From: Bacteroidota bacterium
GTDB lineage: Bacteria; Bacteroidota; Bacteroidia; Flavobacteriales_F; PHOS-HE28
Reading direction: 5' to 3'
Assembly: GCA_023412755.1 (NCBI GenBank)
Contig: JAEZCB010000091.1
Span: 1 to 48,464, forward strand
DNA: 48,464 nucleotides
This document shows, one piece after another, positions 9,347 through 18,825 of this stretch (positions are counted from its first letter, which is position 1; the number at the start of each line of letters is the position of its first letter). Below the pieces are notes generated by a model. The model saw only the letters and a program-made list of their open reading frames with translations. It was not told where the DNA came from and did not search any database. A program made the position numbers and the translations under genes.

Positions 9347-12187
9347 ATGGCTAAGTGGACCAAACGCATTTTGTTCGGCATCGCCGGGCTCATCGTTCTT
9401 CTATTGCTTGTGATCATCCTTGTGCCGATCCTTTTCAAGGACAAGATCGAGGCCCGCGTGAAGGCGGAGGTGAACAAGAACCTCAACGCCCAGGTGGAGT
9501 GGGGCGATTGGAGCATCGGCCTGATCCGCAGCTTTCCGAACCTCACGGTGACCATGGATGATATCGTGGTTACCAACAATGCTCCCTTTGAAGGGATCCA
9601 ACTCGCGAACATCGGGCAGGTGACCCTCACGGTGGATATAAAAAGTGTGTTCAGAGACAAGATCGATATCCGCAGGATCGGCCTTGAGCGGCCCCTCATA
9701 CACGTCAAGGTGCTGGAGGATGGTACCGCGAATTGGGATATCGCCATAGAGACCGAAGAGACCGAGGTGCAGGCCGATGCGGACACCAGCACTTTCCATG
9801 TGGGGTTAAGTGAATACTGGATCAACGATGGCCGGGTGATCTATGATGATGCATCGCTGCCGATGTACATGGAACTGCGCGGCCTGGATCACAAAGGCAA
9901 CGGCGATTTCACGCAGGATCTATTCGTCTTGAACACCACCACCGAGGCGGATACGGTGAATGTCATCTTCGATGGCACCCAATACCTCCGGCGCGCAAAG
10001 GCCGACATCAAGGCCGATATCGACATGGACCTGCCCAACATGAAGTTCACCTTCCGGGAGAATGAGGCGGCCATCAACAAACTCGTTCTCGGTTTCGATG
10101 GCTGGCTGGCCATGCCCACCGATGACATCACCATGGACATAACATGGAATACCAAGCGCAGCGATCTGGCCACCATCCTTTCGCTGATCCCCGCGGAATT
10201 CGCCAGCGACCTGGAAGGTGTGGAAATGAGCGGCAAGGCCGCCTTCAACGGTTTTGTGAAAGGCACATACAACGAGAACACCATGCCTGGATTCGGGCTG
10301 GTGGTGGATGTGGATAACGGCCGGTTCAAGTATCCCGATCTGCCGAATAGCGTGGAGAACATCTTTGTGGACCTGAAGATCAACAGTCCAGGCGGGGCAG
10401 ACATGGATGGCATGGTGATAGACATGCCGCGCTTCGCCATGACCATGGCCGGCAACCCGATCGAGGCGCGCATGCATCTTACAACACCGATCAGCGATCC
10501 CAATGTGGATGCCGAACTGCGTGCGCAAATGGATCTGGCCACCGTGAAGACCGTGGTGCCCATGGAAGAGGACCTGCGTGGAAGCCTTACGGCCGATGTG
10601 CGCATGAAAGGGCGGATGAGCGCAATAGAGCAACAGCGTTATGATCAATTCGTGGCAGAAGGCAAAATGATCCTGCTGGACATGAGCTACCGCAGCGACT
10701 CGCTCCCTGTACCCATCGGGATCAACAGCCTCTACTTCGATTTCAGTCCGCGCTTCCTCTCCCTCACCAGCTTCGATGGTACAGTGGGCAGTTCGAACAT
10801 AAAGGCCAAAGGGCGTCTGGACAATTACATCCAATGGTGGCTGAAGGACAGCACCCTGGCTGGGAACTTCGACCTAACCGCCGACCGTTTCGACCTGAAT
10901 GAGCTGATGGGTCCTGAAACACCAGAAGAGGAACCCGTGGCCACCACCGAACCAACCGATACAGCCCAAATGGATCTGATAGAGGTGCCTGCCAACATCA
11001 ATTTCCGCATGAACGCGAATGTGGGCGAGGTACTGTATGATAATATGGTGTTAAGCAATGTGCGCGGTGGCGTGCACGTGCATGATCGCCGGGTGGACCT
11101 GCGCGATGTGTTCTTCAACATCTTCGATGGAGCGGTGACCATGAGTGGAGGCTATGACACACGAGACCCTTCCCGCCCGATGATCGACTTCGCATATGAT
11201 GTGAAGGATGTGGACATACAGCAGGCGGTGGCCAGCATGGAGACCATCCAGAAGATGGCTCCTATCGCGAAGACCGCATTCGGCAAATTCAGCACCGACC
11301 TGAGCATGACGGCACAGCTCGATCAGCATATGCAGCCCCTGATGGAAACGCTTGCCGGGAAGGGAAATCTGCGCACCAAGAATGTCCGGGTGGATGGTTT
11401 CAAACCGCTGGTACAACTGGCACAGGCGCTGAAGATCCAAGAGTTGCAGAACACCAACATCCAGGATGTCTTCTTCACCTATGTTCTGCGTGATGGTAAG
11501 ATGATCACCGAACCCTTCGATGTGAAGCTGGATCGGGTAAAGGCGAGAGTGGGTGGCAGCACCGCGTTCGCCGACCAGGCCATCGATTATGATATGACGG
11601 CGAAGATCCCCAGCGACATCTTCGGTGCACAGGCCAACCAGGCGGTGGCAGGGCTTCTGGGGCAGGCCAACCAAGCCATTGGAGCGAACTTCCAGGTGCC
11701 GCAGGAGCTGGATGTTACCGTTAAGATCACGGGTACCATCGATGACCCCACCGTGAAACCGGTCTTCGCCGGAGGTGGATCCAGCGTGAAGGAAACGATC
11801 AAGGAGGAGGTGAAGGAGCAGATCAATACACAGATCGATCGTGCACGTGAAGAGGCCATTGAAAAAGCGAAAGCAGAACGCGATCGCCTGATCGCCGAAG
11901 CGCAGAAGCAGGCCGAACAACTCAAGGCCGATGCCCGCCGTGAGGCCGCCAACCTGAAGGCACAGGCCTACAAAGCCGCCGATGATGAATTGGCCAAAGT
12001 GACCAACCCGCTGGCCAAGGCCGCTGCCAAACTGGTGGCGGACAAGGCCAAGCAGGAGGCGGACAAGCGCGAGCAGCAGGCTGTGGCCGAGGCGGACAAA
12101 CGTGCCGACGGCATTGTGGACCAAGCCCGTAAGCAAGGGGACGACCTGGTGCGCCGCGCTGAAGAGACCGAAACCCGGCTGAAGTAA
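9347..12187 (+). CDS. AsmA-family envelope protein with a K/A/E-rich coiled-coil tail
   Basis: ATG at 9347. N-terminal anchor ILFGIAGLIVLLLLVIILVPILF is followed by a long beta-rich body of AsmA type. The last ~135 aa are charged coiled coil (AEAQKQAEQLKADARREAANLKAQAYKAADDELAK...). Confidence 0.7.
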   Translation: MAKWTKRILFGIAGLIVLLLLVIILVPILFKDKIEARVKAEVNKNLNAQVEWGDWSIGLIRSFPNLTVTMDDIVVTNNAPFEGIQLANIGQVTLTVDIKSVFRDKIDIRRIGLERPLIHVKVLEDGTANWDIAIETEETEVQADADTSTFHVGLSEYWINDGRVIYDDASLPMYMELRGLDHKGNGDFTQDLFVLNTTTEADTVNVIFDGTQYLRRAKADIKADIDMDLPNMKFTFRENEAAINKLVLGFDGWLAMPTDDITMDITWNTKRSDLATILSLIPAEFASDLEGVEMSGKAAFNGFVKGTYNENTMPGFGLVVDVDNGRFKYPDLPNSVENIFVDLKINSPGGADMDGMVIDMPRFAMTMAGNPIEARMHLTTPISDPNVDAELRAQMDLATVKTVVPMEEDLRGSLTADVRMKGRMSAIEQQRYDQFVAEGKMILLDMSYRSDSLPVPIGINSLYFDFSPRFLSLTSFDGTVGSSNIKAKGRLDNYIQWWLKDSTLAGNFDLTADRFDLNELMGPETPEEEPVATTEPTDTAQMDLIEVPANINFRMNANVGEVLYDNMVLSNVRGGVHVHDRRVDLRDVFFNIFDGAVTMSGGYDTRDPSRPMIDFAYDVKDVDIQQAVASMETIQKMAPIAKTAFGKFSTDLSMTAQLDQHMQPLMETLAGKGNLRTKNVRVDGFKPLVQLAQALKIQELQNTNIQDVFFTYVLRDGKMITEPFDVKLDRVKARVGGSTAFADQAIDYDMTAKIPSDIFGAQANQAVAGLLGQANQAIGANFQVPQELDVTVKITGTIDDPTVKPVFAGGGSSVKETIKEEVKEQINTQIDRAREEAIEKAKAERDRLIAEAQKQAEQLKADARREAANLKAQAYKAADDELAKVTNPLAKAAAKLVADKAKQEADKREQQAVAEADKRADGIVDQARKQGDDLVRRAEETETRLK

Positions 12188-12269
12188 TTTCGTACCGGGC
12201 AGGATCGATCAGGGCCGTGATCTTCAAACAATTATCACGGTCACGGATCATACTGGTACGAGGTTTGGC

Positions 12270-14330
12270 ATGAGCGGCGTTAAAGCAGGGATGAAGCACT
12301 TCATGATCCGGTCCATTGGTCTTGTGCTCTGTTCGTTCCTGCTGGTGCCAGTGATCGCACAGGAGGAGGATCCCTGTGGGCCACCCACCGCCAAGAAGGT
12401 GCTGAAGCTGCTGGAAGAGGCTTCTAAGGCCAGGGATGCTGCGGCCAGGCACCAGAAATTGAAAGCGGCCCTCGAAGAGGAACCGGAGTGCGCCGAATGC
12501 CTCTTTCGCGCCGGGCTATCAGCCTTCCAGATCGGCATGCAAAGCGGCCGCGGCACGGGACCGGCATTGAATTACCTCCAACGTTTGGAGGAATTATGTC
12601 CGAATTACCACGCGGATGTGCCTTACCATCTGGGCGTGATGCATTATGCGGATGGCAATTATGCTGAAGCTGCCAAAGCTTTCGCGGATCTCCAGCGCTT
12701 TCCATTGGATGCCAAGGAGAAGCTTCCACGCGACCACGACAAGAAGCTGAAGGATGTGGAACAGGTACTTCCCGAGATCGCTTTCTACGTGGATTTTTAC
12801 AGGAATAAGATCCCATTCCATCCACGTTCCTTGGGAGAAGTGAACACTTCCGCCGAAGAATACCTGCCCATGCTTTCACCGGATAATGATCTCCTGTTCT
12901 TCACCCGCGTGAGCAAAGTGAAAGGCAAGGGCGACATTGTTTCGCGGGATGTGGAAGAGCTCATGGAGGCCAGGCGTACCGGGCCAGGCACCTACAACAC
13001 CGGCCGCTCGCTTCCAGAGCCATTCAACGTGGGCGACAGCTATGGTGGGGTCACCATCAGCGTGAACAACAAGGAGATGTTCGTCACCATCTGCGGTCCT
13101 CCGGATGCGCGTGGCTATCGCAACTGCGACATCTTCCGCACCAGATATACCACCCGGTTCGACACGGACCAGGGCGGGCCCGTATGGGAATGGACCGGGC
13201 TGGAGGATCTGGGGCCGAACATCAATACACCCAATGGTTGGGAAAGCCAGCCAAGCCTAAGTTCCGATGGCCGCATGTTGTATTTCGCCACACAGCGGGA
13301 GAACACGAAGGGCATGGACATCTACCAGAGCTCCCGCGATGAAAAAGGTGCGTGGTCGGAGGCGGTGCCCGTTCCAGGGATCAATACGGAGGGTGATGAA
13401 AAGGCTCCTTTTGTACATAGTGACAGCCGCACACTCTACTTCGCCGCACGGCCATCGCTGGAAGATCCCTCCCGTGGGCACCGCAGCATGGGCGGCTATG
13501 ATATCTACTATAGCCGCATGAACGATGATGGTTCATGGGGGCCTCCCCGTAACATCGGCCATCCGATCAATACCGACCAGGATGAACATGGATTGATCGT
13601 AAGCACCGATGGGCGTACGGCCTATTTCGCCAGCAACCGGTTCCGCGGTGCGGGAGGCTTGGATATCTACGGTTTCGATATGCCGCAGGATGCCCGGCCG
13701 GAGGAGATCATGGTGGTGAAGGGCGAGGTACGCGATGAGAATGGAGAATTGGTGCAGGATGCGCTGGTGGAGATCAAGTACATGGATACACGAAAGACGG
13801 AATTCATCCATGTGGACAACGCCGATGGCCGTTATGCCACCGTGGTGAAGCTGCGGCAAGGCAGCGATGTGGTGGTCACCGTGAAGAAGGAAGACCATGT
13901 ATTTGATTCGCGCAGCTTCAGTATCCAGGACACGGCGCGTGGGGGCGTGGCCGAGGCGGATATGACCGTGCAAATGATCGAAGTAGGAAAAAGTTACCGC
14001 GTGAACGACATCAAGTACGCGACAAACTCGGCCGAGATCACCCCCGCTTCACGCTTCATCCTGGATGAACTGATCACCTTCCTGAAGGACAATCCATCCG
14101 TGAAGATCAGGATAGACGGCCATACCGACAATGTGGGCGGTATGGATGAGAACATGAAATTGAGCCACGATCGGGCAGCCAACGTGATGGCTTATCTGAA
14201 GGAAGAGGGGGTGTCGGCCAAAAGGTTGGATTCCAAAGGATTCGGCCCCACCAAGCCGCTGGTGAGCAACGATACTCCTGAAGGGAGGGCGCAGAACCGC
14301 CGTACGGAGTTCATGGTCATCGGCAAGTAG
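12270..14330 (+). CDS. OmpA-family envelope protein: TPR + PD40 (TolB-like) repeats + CarboxypepD_reg-like + OmpA_C
   Basis: Signal peptide present (alternative starts M8 and M12). PD40-like repeats: SLSSDGRMLYFAT, FVHSDSRTLYFAA, IVSTDGRTAYFASNR. C-terminal OmpA domain: IRIDGHTDNVGG...NMKLSHDRAANV...GRAQNRRTEFMVIG. Confidence 0.85.
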   Translation: MSGVKAGMKHFMIRSIGLVLCSFLLVPVIAQEEDPCGPPTAKKVLKLLEEASKARDAAARHQKLKAALEEEPECAECLFRAGLSAFQIGMQSGRGTGPALNYLQRLEELCPNYHADVPYHLGVMHYADGNYAEAAKAFADLQRFPLDAKEKLPRDHDKKLKDVEQVLPEIAFYVDFYRNKIPFHPRSLGEVNTSAEEYLPMLSPDNDLLFFTRVSKVKGKGDIVSRDVEELMEARRTGPGTYNTGRSLPEPFNVGDSYGGVTISVNNKEMFVTICGPPDARGYRNCDIFRTRYTTRFDTDQGGPVWEWTGLEDLGPNINTPNGWESQPSLSSDGRMLYFATQRENTKGMDIYQSSRDEKGAWSEAVPVPGINTEGDEKAPFVHSDSRTLYFAARPSLEDPSRGHRSMGGYDIYYSRMNDDGSWGPPRNIGHPINTDQDEHGLIVSTDGRTAYFASNRFRGAGGLDIYGFDMPQDARPEEIMVVKGEVRDENGELVQDALVEIKYMDTRKTEFIHVDNADGRYATVVKLRQGSDVVVTVKKEDHVFDSRSFSIQDTARGGVAEADMTVQMIEVGKSYRVNDIKYATNSAEITPASRFILDELITFLKDNPSVKIRIDGHTDNVGGMDENMKLSHDRAANVMAYLKEEGVSAKRLDSKGFGPTKPLVSNDTPEGRAQNRRTEFMVIGK

Positions 14331-14396
14331 GCTTATTTTTTCGACCAGTGGCAGGATCCGCCTGATGTGCAGCTATCTTTCGGGATATTTTCCATC

Positions 14397-16454
14397 ATGC
14401 GCTTAATACCCTTACTCATCCTTTTATCAACCGCAGAAGTTGCCGCAGCACAGATCTCGCAAGGTGGCAGCCCATTTCGTTGGAACGAGCAGCTTGATCA
14501 GCGATCCCTCCCGCTGGTAATGCTTGAGCCGCTGCAGCCATTGGATACCGCCATGCTGCATGACGGTGCTGCAGGCATCCAGTATGGTGTGCAAAGGTTC
14601 GTTGAAGTAGATGTGCCGCTGCAAGGTCTTTGGCAAGATATGTCCGATGGTGGCAGGCTCTGTCATGTGGTGATCGAAAGTGAAGGAGCGCTCATGATGA
14701 GCCTTCAGTTCGATCGTTGGGAGCTGCCTGCGGGGGCCATGGTGTACGTGTATGATGCGGCGCGGACCAGGTTCATCGGTGGCTTCGATGCCAGCAACCG
14801 CGGGCCAGAAGGTGATATGGCCACCGCCCTGATCCCGGGAGACAGGGTGGTGATCGAGTACCGGCTTCCGCCCGGTGCGCCCGATGGGCAGCTGCGGGTA
14901 TCCAGCATAACGCACGCCTACCGGGACATCTTAGGTCTGAGTGGCGACCGTGATTTCGATCCCGGTTTCCAGAGCGCACCATGCCATATCAACACGGCAT
15001 GTCCCGAGGCGGCAGCATGGCAGGACCAGAAGCGGGCGGTAGCCATGTTCCTTCGGCCCACAGGTGGTGGCTGCACAGGCATATTGCTCAACAACACCGC
15101 GGAACCGGGTAAGCCTTATTTCCATGTGGCCGCACACTGCTATCAGCCCAATGAGAGCCAGTGGGTGGTCTATTTCAACTATGAAGCGCCATTGTGTGTA
15201 GGTGATACAGGCCCAACTTCGCAAACGGTGACCGGAGCTACACTTCGCGCCAGCTATTACTATGACGATTTCGTGCTGGTGGAACTCAACACACCACCAC
15301 CCGCATCCTACAACGTTTATTACGCCGGTTGGGATCGCAGCGGAGCCACGCCCTCCACTGGCACGGTGATCCACCATCCGCTATATGATGTGAAGAAGAT
15401 CACCTTCAACAACGGCCCGGTCACTTCCACACAATCCGACAGCTGGCAGCTATGGCGCAACTATTGGGACCAGGGCCTGGTGGAGGCCGTATCCAGCGGT
15501 GCTCCCATGTTCGATCAGAACAAACGCATGGTGGGCCACATGTTCGATGGTGCGCAGGACTGCAACACCATGACCACCATTCCCACCGATTGCGCGAAAT
15601 TCAGCGCAAGCTGGGATGGAAGCACTGCCACCACACGCCTGCGCGACTGGCTTGATCCCGCGAACACCACAATGGCATTGGATGGTTATGATCCCAACGC
15701 CACGGATCAGGTGAAAGTGCGGGTAAGGGCCCATCTGGAAGGTCCCTTCAACAGTGGTACGGCTCTGATGAATGGCACTTTGCGCGCCAACGGGCTCATT
15801 CCACTGGCCGAGCCCTATACGGGGTTGGGTTACTCCCATGTGAATGGAGGGGGAGGAGAAGCCACCAGCGCCGCTGTACTGGCTGTTTCCAACGGTGGCA
15901 ATGCCATTGTTGACTGGGTGGTGATCGAACTGCGCAACAAGAACAATGCGCAGCAGGTGCTTGCCACAAAGTGTGCTCTGATCCAACGCGATGGTGACAT
16001 CGTGGCCACTGATGGAGCATCCGATGTATCCTTCAACATGCCTGCGGACCAGTACCACATAGCGGTGCGCCACAGGAACCATCTGGGCGTGATGACGGCC
16101 ACACCGGTGGCTCTTTCCGGCAACGCTTCATTGTTGGATATGGGCAGTGCCGCTGTGCCCTTGTATGGTGGCAGTGGATCCACCAAAGTGCTTGGAAGCA
16201 AACGGGTGTTGTGGGCTGGTGATGCAGGGGGCAATGGCACCATTAGCTACGTGGGTGCCCAGAACGACCGCGACCTCATCCTTCAAAAGCTGGGAGGATC
16301 AGTGCCCACCAGTACACTCACCGGCTACCATTCCGAGGATCTGAATATGGATGGGGTGGTACGCTATACAGGCCCCAACAACGACAGGGACAGCATCCTG
16401 ATCAACATTGGCGGTACGGTGCCCACCAATGTGAGAACGGGCACTCTACCGTAA
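14397..16454 (+). CDS. Secreted trypsin-fold (S1, lysyl-endopeptidase-like) serine protease with a ~249-aa C-terminal dockerin-like module
   Basis: The track start 14367 is GTG. I prefer the ATG at 14397, which gives MRLIPLLILLSTAEVAAAQ as the signal peptide. Candidate catalytic His in FHVAAHC (codon 15135-15137). Candidate Ser in AVSSGAPMF (codon 15495-15497). The C-terminal module 15705..16451 is paralogous to 33109..33846. Confidence 0.7.
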   Translation: MRLIPLLILLSTAEVAAAQISQGGSPFRWNEQLDQRSLPLVMLEPLQPLDTAMLHDGAAGIQYGVQRFVEVDVPLQGLWQDMSDGGRLCHVVIESEGALMMSLQFDRWELPAGAMVYVYDAARTRFIGGFDASNRGPEGDMATALIPGDRVVIEYRLPPGAPDGQLRVSSITHAYRDILGLSGDRDFDPGFQSAPCHINTACPEAAAWQDQKRAVAMFLRPTGGGCTGILLNNTAEPGKPYFHVAAHCYQPNESQWVVYFNYEAPLCVGDTGPTSQTVTGATLRASYYYDDFVLVELNTPPPASYNVYYAGWDRSGATPSTGTVIHHPLYDVKKITFNNGPVTSTQSDSWQLWRNYWDQGLVEAVSSGAPMFDQNKRMVGHMFDGAQDCNTMTTIPTDCAKFSASWDGSTATTRLRDWLDPANTTMALDGYDPNATDQVKVRVRAHLEGPFNSGTALMNGTLRANGLIPLAEPYTGLGYSHVNGGGGEATSAAVLAVSNGGNAIVDWVVIELRNKNNAQQVLATKCALIQRDGDIVATDGASDVSFNMPADQYHIAVRHRNHLGVMTATPVALSGNASLLDMGSAAVPLYGGSGSTKVLGSKRVLWAGDAGGNGTISYVGAQNDRDLILQKLGGSVPTSTLTGYHSEDLNMDGVVRYTGPNNDRDSILINIGGTVPTNVRTGTLP

Positions 16455-17246
16455 AGGCGCACGCGGGTGGCCCGGAGCTTCTCCCGGCTCCACCGAACCA
16501 GTGCCTTCCAGCATGCGGTTTCGCATCATGCGCAGGTTGAGCATCTCCACCAGTACGGAGAAGCCCATGGCGAAGTAGATGTAGTTCTTGTTCACATGTT
16601 CGCCCATTCCCTCCATGAGCAGGGTAACGCCGATCATCACCAGGAATGAGAGTGCCAGCATCTTCACCGTTGGCCGTGCCTCGACAAAGTCACTGATGGC
16701 CCTGGCAGAGACCATCATAACACCTACGGCTATCATCACCGCAAGTACCATGATCACGATCTCGTTGCTCATACCTACCGCCGTGATCACGGAGTCCAGG
16801 GAGAAGACCAGGTCGATCAGCACGATCTGTGTGATCACACCCGAAAGCGTTCTGATCTTCTTGCCGGTACTATCCTCCTCATCCCGTCCCTGCACCTTGG
16901 CATGGATCTCCACCGTGGCCTTGTACAGCAGGAACAATCCCCCCAGCACCAGCACCAGATCCCTGCCACTGAAGGGCTCACTAAGTATGCGGAAGATCTC
17001 CTGATCCAGGCTCATCACCCAGCTTAGGGACAGCAGCAGCAACACCCGTGTGATCATCGCCAGCGCCAGGCCGAGCTGCCTTGCAAGCTGCCGTTCCTTC
17101 TCTATCCGCAAGCTATTGCTGATGATGGAGATGAAGATGATGTTGTCGATGCCGAGCACGATCTCCAACGCCGTAAGCGTGAGGAGGGCCGTGAGGCCAT
17201 GGCCGGTGAATAACACCGAAAAGTCGAGTTCAGAGAAGTCCAGCAT
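16446..17246 (-). CDS. TerC-family integral membrane protein
   Basis: The track start 17267 is TTG; the first ATG is 17246 (MLDFSELDF...). TerC hallmark ALEIVLGIDNIIFISI, repeated as LIDLVFSLDSVITAVGM. Its stop overlaps the convergent protease gene by 9 nt. Confidence 0.85.
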   Translation of the reverse strand: MLDFSELDFSVLFTGHGLTALLTLTALEIVLGIDNIIFISIISNSLRIEKERQLARQLGLALAMITRVLLLLSLSWVMSLDQEIFRILSEPFSGRDLVLVLGGLFLLYKATVEIHAKVQGRDEEDSTGKKIRTLSGVITQIVLIDLVFSLDSVITAVGMSNEIVIMVLAVMIAVGVMMVSARAISDFVEARPTVKMLALSFLVMIGVTLLMEGMGEHVNKNYIYFAMGFSVLVEMLNLRMMRNRMLEGTGSVEPGEAPGHPRAPLR

Positions 17247-17281
17247 GGGGAATGAAAGAAGGCGCAAAGCTATGGTGGTAC

Positions 17282-18814
17282 CTACCGCTCCTGATCGCCA
17301 ATGATCTTCGCCACCACGATCGTTTCGTTCCGATTCACTGGATTCAACCAGTGCACCACCTTATCCACCAGGCCGGGTTCGGCGCGGGTAATGATCCGTA
17401 TGGGGCCTGTGGTAGCCTCCAAGCGTGCCATTCGCCCGGCCAGATCATCTTCACTGAAAAAGAGCACATGGTCCGGACGCCGTTGCGGGGGCACGCTTCT
17501 CATCAAGCTATCCAGATCCACCTGCACGTGTGTCATGTACTTCACCTCCACATCCCACTGCCGCATATAGAACAGCGGTGGCATGATCTCCTCGCCTTCC
17601 ACAGAATCTTCTATGATCAAGCCTCGCACGGGTTCATTCCTTAAAGCGTACAGCGCCTCCACACGGCTTCGTTTGCTGTAGCTGAAACAGAGCACCACAA
17701 GCACGATCGTATTGATGATCCACGTCCAGAGCATCATCCCATGCCACAACTTCGGCCTTTGCCTCCACCATACCGATCCCTGCCGCCATTGTTCCCAACT
17801 CACGTAAGCGAGCACGAAGTACAAAGGCACCATGGGCAGTAGAAAGCGCTCTTGTTTATTAGGGAAGTAGGAGTGGACCGCGAGGAACAGGAGCAGGGGC
17901 GTCCATAGCGTGATGGGCCATGTGCGCCGGAAAAAGCCAAAGAGTAATGCGATGCTGAACGGTGGAATGAAGATCCCGGCCAGTAGCAACAGGTAATTGT
18001 ACCATGGCAGGGATCCATAGGTCTCGGTGTGCTCCAGATTGTACCGGACATACTCTGTGATCTCCGCGAATGGGCGATCCCAAAGGAAAAGATCGAGACC
18101 GCCCTGGATCACCACCAGCGGCACCAGCACTCCTATGCCGTACAGGAACATGGGCAGCCGGTCGCGTTGGAGTAGCAGTGCCAAACCCGGTCCTGCCGCG
18201 AAGAAGATGGTTTGGAACCGGATATTCACCGCAAGGCCGATCCATATACCTGCAATGAAGGCCGCCCTGCCAGCGATCCCATCAGCATCTTTCACCAGCT
18301 GCCATGCACCGAGCATAAGCAGCGGTATGCACGCCACCTCCACCAGATTCCGCACGGCAAGGAATGGCATGAAATAAAATAGAGCGAGGAACAAGCCGGT
18401 GCGCCAGGCGATCCGTTCATCGGAAAGCCGCAGGGCGATCAGGTATCCCATGCGCACCACGATCAGGCTCCAGACCGCATGGAGCAGGCGCACCACCACC
18501 ATCATCGCTTTGGGATCGGAGATCCCGATCGTTTTCAGCAGGGTGAACAGAAGAAAGTGGATGCCAACGTAGAAGAAGGAATGACCGCTGGGGGTCGCAC
18601 CTTCCGGTTGGTTCCAAGGCAACCAATAATTGTAGTCATGGCCATCCACCCAGCTGCCAGCGGCCTCGATCACCAGAAAATGATCGTCGTGGGCGAAGTA
18701 GCCGCCGCTGAAGAACGCCGCCAGCAGCCGGGGCACCAGGGCAATGAAGGTGAGGGCCAGCAATGCATTGTGCCGGCGGGGGGGATCCGATAAAAGAGCG
18801 ATCAGCGAGCCCAC
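17282..18814 (-). CDS. Polytopic GT-C membrane glycosyltransferase, GT22-like (Alg9/PIG-B-type mannosyltransferase)
   Basis: It has more than 9 predicted TM helices. The N-terminal loop FAHDDHFLVIEAAGSW resembles the GT22 HPDE..E motif. Only a GTG start (18814) is available, 9 nt after the upstream stop; there is no in-frame ATG for more than 90 codons. Confidence 0.6.
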   Translation of the reverse strand: MGSLIALLSDPPRRHNALLALTFIALVPRLLAAFFSGGYFAHDDHFLVIEAAGSWVDGHDYNYWLPWNQPEGATPSGHSFFYVGIHFLLFTLLKTIGISDPKAMMVVVRLLHAVWSLIVVRMGYLIALRLSDERIAWRTGLFLALFYFMPFLAVRNLVEVACIPLLMLGAWQLVKDADGIAGRAAFIAGIWIGLAVNIRFQTIFFAAGPGLALLLQRDRLPMFLYGIGVLVPLVVIQGGLDLFLWDRPFAEITEYVRYNLEHTETYGSLPWYNYLLLLAGIFIPPFSIALLFGFFRRTWPITLWTPLLLFLAVHSYFPNKQERFLLPMVPLYFVLAYVSWEQWRQGSVWWRQRPKLWHGMMLWTWIINTIVLVVLCFSYSKRSRVEALYALRNEPVRGLIIEDSVEGEEIMPPLFYMRQWDVEVKYMTHVQVDLDSLMRSVPPQRRPDHVLFFSEDDLAGRMARLEATTGPIRIITRAEPGLVDKVVHWLNPVNRNETIVVAKIIGDQER

Positions 18815-18825
18815 GGGCCGCGAAA

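Noticed and set aside
12215-12240. The inverted repeat CCGTGAT-N12-ATCACGG after the AsmA gene.
   Set aside because: It has a 7-bp stem of modest GC content and a large loop, with no T-run. It is plausible but too weak to annotate as a terminator.
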